Assembly (NCBI GenBank): GCA_965197905.1
Contig: CBDAOB010000005.1
Span: 704,001-768,000, forward strand
From: Candidatus Latescibacterota bacterium
GTDB taxonomy: Bacteria > Latescibacterota > UBA2968 > UBA8231
DNA: 64,000 nucleotides
Direction of reading: 5' to 3'
Shown here: piece after piece, positions 59,004 through 64,000 of the stretch
Layout of the letters: each line of letters opens with the position of its first letter
Position numbering within the stretch: the stretch's first letter is position 1
Notes under the pieces: model-generated
Told to the model about the DNA's origin: nothing
Databases searched by the model: none
Seen by the model: only the letters and a program-made list of their open reading frames with translations
Made by a program: the position numbers and the translations under genes

Positions 59004-59215
59004 ACTCAATCCCACAAGTCGCCGCCGGCCCCAAGCCCATCAGGTCCTGCTGGGCCGTTCCGCGTACCAGCTGTCGGGATCATCTGGATCCGTTTCTGCA
59101 AATGCCACAAGGCGCGGGCGTTGTCTTCGGTCTGCTCGCGGGAGATCACCTGGAGGGCAATGACGTAGCCATTTTCGTCGAAGAATTCCAGATCTCTGCT
59201 ACTGAGTACGGTCAT
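59004..59215 (-). pseudogene. Degraded PhyH-like gene remnant
   Basis: VLS..DLEFFDENGYV; after a frameshift it reads AETDPDDPDSWY, then a stop, then RRLVGL resembling a family C-terminus. Confidence 0.65.
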
Positions 59216-59544
59216 TGACAGTTCGCGCAGGTTATACCTTGCTCTACAAAAATTAACGTTCTAGACAGAATAATAACGCAAGCGTTTGATTCGAGACAAG
59301 ATCTCGGCAAATAACGTCTGGTCTATCCGCCACTTCAGCCATTTGAAAGGGGGGGCGGTACCGACCTTGCCGGCAGCACCCGCTATGAGTACTCGTTTCC
59401 TGGCCACCTCACACTCTGAATTGGAGGTACTACCTTGCCGCTATTGGCGATAATGCCACTCATTCGCCCCATCCTCCGCTGAATCCTATGCGGTAACGCA
59501 GTTCGCGCAGACGACAGATAGCCGCCCACCCTGGGAGCAGCCTC

Positions 59545-60153
59545 ATGAACGAACTGTTGCCGGGTCTGCGCCACTGGCGCACCCACAATCCAGACATCGA
59601 CTACGACGTCGATTGCTACTGGGCCACGTCCGCAGGTGTCAGTTACGTCCTCGATCCGCTCGCTCCCAAGGAGGGATTGGCGGTGTTCGATGGCGAGGAG
59701 GCCCCCCAATACGTCTACATGACCAACCGGCTGCACGATCGCAGCTGCGCGGAATTCGCCGAGCGGTTCGGCGCCCCTATCTGGTGCCCGCGCCCGGGCC
59801 TGCACGAGTACGCCGACGGCAGCCTCGAGGTCAGGCCGTACGACGCCGGCGACCTGCACGGCGGCGTCCGTGCCATCGACATCGGCGTCATCTGTCCGGA
59901 CGAGATGGCCCTGGTGTTGCCGTTCGATACCGGTGTCCTGGCTATAGCCGACAGCTTCATCCGATACGGCGACGACATCGGATTCGTGCCGGATTACCTG
60001 ATGGGGGACGACCCCGAGCGGATCAAGCGCCGCACCAAAGCCCGTTTCCTCGAAGTGTGTGACGACGTCGACTTCGATCACCTGCTCTTCGCGCACGGCA
60101 CTCCTTTGATCGGCGGCGGGCGAGAAGCGCTGCGAGCCTTCTGTGCAAGTTGA
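59545..60153 (+). CDS. Metallo-beta-lactamase-fold protein (degenerate motif)
   Basis: VLDP, TNRLHDRS, IADS and LLFAHG. Confidence 0.7.
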   Translation: MNELLPGLRHWRTHNPDIDYDVDCYWATSAGVSYVLDPLAPKEGLAVFDGEEAPQYVYMTNRLHDRSCAEFAERFGAPIWCPRPGLHEYADGSLEVRPYDAGDLHGGVRAIDIGVICPDEMALVLPFDTGVLAIADSFIRYGDDIGFVPDYLMGDDPERIKRRTKARFLEVCDDVDFDHLLFAHGTPLIGGGREALRAFCAS

Positions 60154-60453
60154 GTCGGTGGGGACCGATCAGTTGTACCATCGCCCGAGATGATACCTGA
60201 ATAGCCGTGGATATCCGGTTCATCCGTCAACTGAATCATGTCGCCGTCAGGAGATCCGACTCGATAATAGTTGACTGCGCCAGATCGGTAGGATGCCACG
60301 ACTACCGACTGCTCGTCCGGAGTGAAAGATGAAGTGAGAAAGTAGAGATTGTGATGGATGGTCGGTTAACTGAACAATATGCGCGCCCGTCTGACTATCT
60401 CGAAACGATCGCGATTCCGATGGAAAGATTTTACCCTTGGAATAACTGGTCAT
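60154..60453 (-). pseudogene. Frameshifted, truncated oligogalacturonate lyase/TolB-like propeller remnant
   Basis: KGKIFPSE..FRDSQTGAHIVQLTDHP, then in a shifted frame HNLYFLTSSFTPDEQSVVVASYRSG..IQLTD. Confidence 0.7.
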
Positions 60454-60580
60454 ATCGCTTCCCCTTGCTCAAGAGAGTATCCTTCCATAGAGTACAACCA
60501 ACTGATCGGTTGGCTACCGACTCGCGATTCCGCGCTGTCGATCGCCCGCAGATTGCCCATCCCAAGACAGGCAGTTTTCC

Positions 60581-63535
60581 ATGCCGAGTGATTTCCTGAA
60601 ACAACGGTCAGAGAAGAGGCGGTGGCGTCTGCTATCCCTGCTCGCCCTGTGGGGGTTCGCCGCGCACGGCCAAGAACCAATCCTCGACGAGGTCTTCTCC
60701 GCACGGCCGTTCCTGCGTTGGAATCGCGCCCCGTACCAAAACTTCGCCTGGAGAACCTTCGAGAACTATCCCAACCATGAATCTCCCTACACCGATCAAC
60801 CGAGGGCGCACTACGACTCCTTCGGCAACCTCCTTATGACCGGGTACGATCTGTATAAGTGGGAGGAAATTCGCGCTCCAAGCTTGCATTTCGGCAGTGA
60901 CATATTCAAACACGTACCTGGCTCCTGGAACAGCGCCTTCGACTACATGGTGGCTACCAGCGGCGGTTACGGTAACTGGGGTTACCATCTCATCGTGGGA
61001 GACGGGCTGATTGCGCGTTTTACGCCGTTGACCCTCTACAAGGTGGACTTCAATGGAGTTCGCTTCGATCTGTCCACCCCCCATCTGAAACTCACCACGG
61101 TTGCGTCCCGCGCCGAACGACCGATGGACGACCATTTCGGAGGAACCGGAGGGGGCGAGCAGTTTCAGCGATGGCTGCACCGGGCCGATGATTCCACCCT
61201 GCTTCTTGGGGGTCGCGCGCAGAGTGGTCTAGGCGCCCTGACGCTGGGCCTGAATTGGGTGAACCATCATATCTACCAGACCACCCAGACCGGTAACAGC
61301 CTGAAAGGCAGACTGAAACCGGACCACCCGTTGATGGACTGGATCATCGTGCGCTTCAAGGATGATTCGCCGGCCGACGGCGTCGGTGGGGCGGCCGTGC
61401 AGGAGGTGCAACTGGTGGTTAACGGCGAGGTCCGTCCCGATCTGGTTCCGCGGGTGTTGAGCCACGAGGCCGATCCCACCATTCAGGTAGGGTTCACCTC
61501 TGCGCTCACCGGAGATTTCACCCCCGTGGGCTACAATTTTGCCAGCGCCGCCCCCGAGGCTTTTTACTACCGCAACCGCGATTATCCCCTCTTTGCCGAC
61601 TACCTCCTGCGGCTGGATCATGAGGATGGGATTGACGTGAGTGGCGAAGGCAATGTTCCCGGTCTTCTTTCCACCTTTGCGATAGAGTCGTCCCAGGACC
61701 AACTACGGGCGGACGGTGAGCGGGAGGTGGTCTTTTTGTTCGACTTGACGACCGAACCCGCAGTCGAGTCGGTGGCGGTGGAGGCGCTCCTGGGGAACGA
61801 CTACCATGTGGAGGTAGCAACGCTCTATGTCAAGTCCTCGTTCGCCAAATCCTACCCGGACCGGTTCTCGGCCAGCTATTACCAGGATCTGGCGCGTTCT
61901 CGGGGCAATGTCCGGGACCTGTCCAATCTCAAGCGCCGGCGCTTCGATATCGGGGAGAACACCGGACATTTCGTCTACAGCGCCGATCTAAACCTCGAGC
62001 TGCCAGGACTGGAGATCGCCGGCGAGTACGCGCGCTCCAGCGTCTATTCGCGCTATCCCGCCGAGGTCGACAACCACGCCGCCTTCGATGAGTCGCCGCG
62101 CTTCGCCGACCGCGGCTCCGCCTATTTTCTCAATGCCGTGCACAATTTCGAGCGCGGGCTGGTAGGCGGCGAGCTGTTCTCCATCAATCCGGGATTTTCC
62201 ACCGAGTTCCGTTCCTATATTCATACGGAAATTATGTTCTGGCGACACCATCTCAACGGTATGCGCAACGACTACATGTACTGGCAGACGGTGGACGACA
62301 ACGACGACGGGGATCGTTATCCCGACATCCGGCATGGGAATCTGGTGGGCGGGCTCATTGACCAGCAGAGTACCGACCTGAACGGCGTATTTCTGGATCA
62401 GGACGTGAACAAGGACGGGGTCCCGGACACCAACCGCGACCTGGATCGCATCCCCGACTACGAAGAGCCGTTTTTGATGTTCGACGTGGAGCCCAACGAA
62501 TACGTCTACGGCCTCGACCGCAACAACAACGACGAGCCCGACCGGCGGGAAGACGACGGGGAGGTGGACTATCCGTACGACTACGACGAGCGCGGCTTTC
62601 ACCTGTTCGGCCAATGGAACCTGACGCCACATTGGCGTCTAGCGGCGGGGCACTACTCCATCAAGGAGGTGGCGGGCGCAGGCCGTAGCCGTTCCACGTA
62701 TGGGCTGGTAGGTTACCGTCGACAGGGGTTGGGGTGGCTCAGGCGGATTTTCCTCGAGAACAACAGCCGCAGGGTGCAGGATGACATCGTCGACGAGTTC
62801 ATGGAGTTCGACGATGACGCTGGCGCCCGCGATACCCTGTTTGGTTCGCGCGGGGTGCAATATCTGCCCGACGCCCCGCTGGGCCAGGGCATCGTAAAGT
62901 TCCTCGCGGTTGACTTCAAACCGGATCTGCTGTTCTACCAGGAGAGCTTCGTGAACGAATCCTACCTGGAGGGTCGTGCCCAGCTCCGGTCGGGTCTGGA
63001 TCTAGTACAGCAGCTTCGTGTGCGCTTCAACTGGCAGCAGGGCGGAAAGCTGCGCCGCGGACCTTTCCAGCGCGATCGGCGCCTGGACTTCTGGACTTCA
63101 GTTACCCGCGTGCAGTACTCGTTTCAGTTCGGCCAGCTGCGCTTCACACCGCAATACAAGCTCTTGCTGCTTCGTTTGGAGGATCAGGAGCGCAACGTGC
63201 GGTTGCGGTCGGAGTTGCGCTCCATTCCCATTCTGCGGTTGGAATATGCCCTTTCGCCGAGGACGCTGCTGCGGGCGGGCGTGCAGGGTTTCGGGCCGCT
63301 GCCGTATCGGCGTCGAGACGACACCTCGGAAGGCAGGAGTTTCGAGCAACGCACGACCTTCTTCTCCCTTACCAACAGTTCTCCGTATTTTGGCTACGAA
63401 CTGGTGACCATCGCGGGCATTATCAGGGACCAGCAGAAGTTCGACAGCGGATTCAGGGACCACCGGAGCTTCGAAACTCTCGAGTTTTTTGTGCGCGCGC
63501 TGGTGGGCTTCACCGAATTCGGACGGCCGATATAG
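60581..63535 (+). CDS. Large secreted or outer-membrane protein of unknown function (paralog B)
   Basis: Signal peptide RRWRLLSLLALWGFAAHG; colinear with 48146-51028; 984 aa. Confidence 0.75.
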   Translation: MPSDFLKQRSEKRRWRLLSLLALWGFAAHGQEPILDEVFSARPFLRWNRAPYQNFAWRTFENYPNHESPYTDQPRAHYDSFGNLLMTGYDLYKWEEIRAPSLHFGSDIFKHVPGSWNSAFDYMVATSGGYGNWGYHLIVGDGLIARFTPLTLYKVDFNGVRFDLSTPHLKLTTVASRAERPMDDHFGGTGGGEQFQRWLHRADDSTLLLGGRAQSGLGALTLGLNWVNHHIYQTTQTGNSLKGRLKPDHPLMDWIIVRFKDDSPADGVGGAAVQEVQLVVNGEVRPDLVPRVLSHEADPTIQVGFTSALTGDFTPVGYNFASAAPEAFYYRNRDYPLFADYLLRLDHEDGIDVSGEGNVPGLLSTFAIESSQDQLRADGEREVVFLFDLTTEPAVESVAVEALLGNDYHVEVATLYVKSSFAKSYPDRFSASYYQDLARSRGNVRDLSNLKRRRFDIGENTGHFVYSADLNLELPGLEIAGEYARSSVYSRYPAEVDNHAAFDESPRFADRGSAYFLNAVHNFERGLVGGELFSINPGFSTEFRSYIHTEIMFWRHHLNGMRNDYMYWQTVDDNDDGDRYPDIRHGNLVGGLIDQQSTDLNGVFLDQDVNKDGVPDTNRDLDRIPDYEEPFLMFDVEPNEYVYGLDRNNNDEPDRREDDGEVDYPYDYDERGFHLFGQWNLTPHWRLAAGHYSIKEVAGAGRSRSTYGLVGYRRQGLGWLRRIFLENNSRRVQDDIVDEFMEFDDDAGARDTLFGSRGVQYLPDAPLGQGIVKFLAVDFKPDLLFYQESFVNESYLEGRAQLRSGLDLVQQLRVRFNWQQGGKLRRGPFQRDRRLDFWTSVTRVQYSFQFGQLRFTPQYKLLLLRLEDQERNVRLRSELRSIPILRLEYALSPRTLLRAGVQGFGPLPYRRRDDTSEGRSFEQRTTFFSLTNSSPYFGYELVTIAGIIRDQQKFDSGFRDHRSFETLEFFVRALVGFTEFGRPI

Positions 63536-63539
63536 ATTC

Positions 63540-64000
63540 GTGAGCACACCTGGTTCATCACACCGTTCAGACCGGTGGGCGATCACCCCCCGCAGCCTGG
63601 TGATCGGCGCATTCTCAGCCCTGAGTATCGCGCTGATCCTGCCGTATACCATAAACGTGATCCACGGCTCGCGCATCGGTCTCAGCTCCTGCACGCCGGC
63701 CGCATTCATCCTCTTTTTCGTAGTGATGCTGACGGTGCAGGTGGTGCTCACCTTGCTGAAACGAAACTGGCATCTGCGCCCCGGGGAGCTCGTAGTCATC
63801 TTCAGTATGTTGGCGGTGGCGACGCACATTCCCAACCGCGGCGTATCGGGGAGGCTCGTGGTCGGGGTTACGGGGAGTAGCTTCTATGCCACCCCCGAAA
63901 ACAACTGGACCGAGCTCGTTGACGAGATACGGCCGGATTGGCTCGCGCTCAGCGATAACCGGGCGGTCCAGGATTTGTACCACGGCGGGGACGTCGACCG
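63540..64000 (+). CDS. DUF6785-type membrane protein, 3'-partial and absent from the ORF track
   Basis: Manual translation from GTG 63540 gives AITPRSLVIG..LRPGELVVIF..FYATPENNW with no stop to the window end; homologous to the N-terminus of 45000-47012. Confidence 0.8.
   Translation, partial: MSTPGSSHRSDRWAITPRSLVIGAFSALSIALILPYTINVIHGSRIGLSSCTPAAFILFFVVMLTVQVVLTLLKRNWHLRPGELVVIFSMLAVATHIPNRGVSGRLVVGVTGSSFYATPENNWTELVDEIRPDWLALSDNRAVQDLYHGGDVD

Noticed and set aside
1..64000. CRISPR arrays, rRNA/tRNA, IS elements, prophage or defence systems
   Set aside because: I saw no regularly spaced repeats, RNA gene signatures, transposase, integrase or phage motifs; small RNAs could be missed by eye

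Overview
GC-rich bacterial window of accessory, mostly catabolic genes. The gene content suggests an uncultured diderm of the Latescibacterota/FCB or Poribacteria type; this is an inference from FlgD-Ig C-terminal domains, a SWGxxK tail, DUF6785-type membrane proteins and expanded PhyH, Gfo/Idh/MocA and beta-propeller families. I found no rRNA, tRNA, CRISPR array or transposase. Highlights: (1) a selenoprotein split by the ORF caller: signal peptide + TlpA-like thioredoxin with an in-frame UGA forming U-H-F-C, a SECIS-like hairpin and a C-terminal FlgD-Ig sorting domain (54315-55157, minus); (2) two paralogous 960 and 984 aa secreted proteins with Ca-binding-like loops and a beta-barrel-like C-terminus, each near a DUF6785/OPT-like membrane protein, a candidate undescribed uptake system; (3) a response regulator frameshifted by an exact 10-bp tandem duplication, between an 842 aa orphan and a perfect 14-bp-arm palindrome; (4) a divergent TypA with a terminator hairpin in its leader; (5) five paralogous beta-propeller hydrolase-like genes plus a deleted remnant; (6) several frameshifted, nonsense-interrupted or truncated genes. 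All family assignments come from motif recognition by eye, not from database searches.
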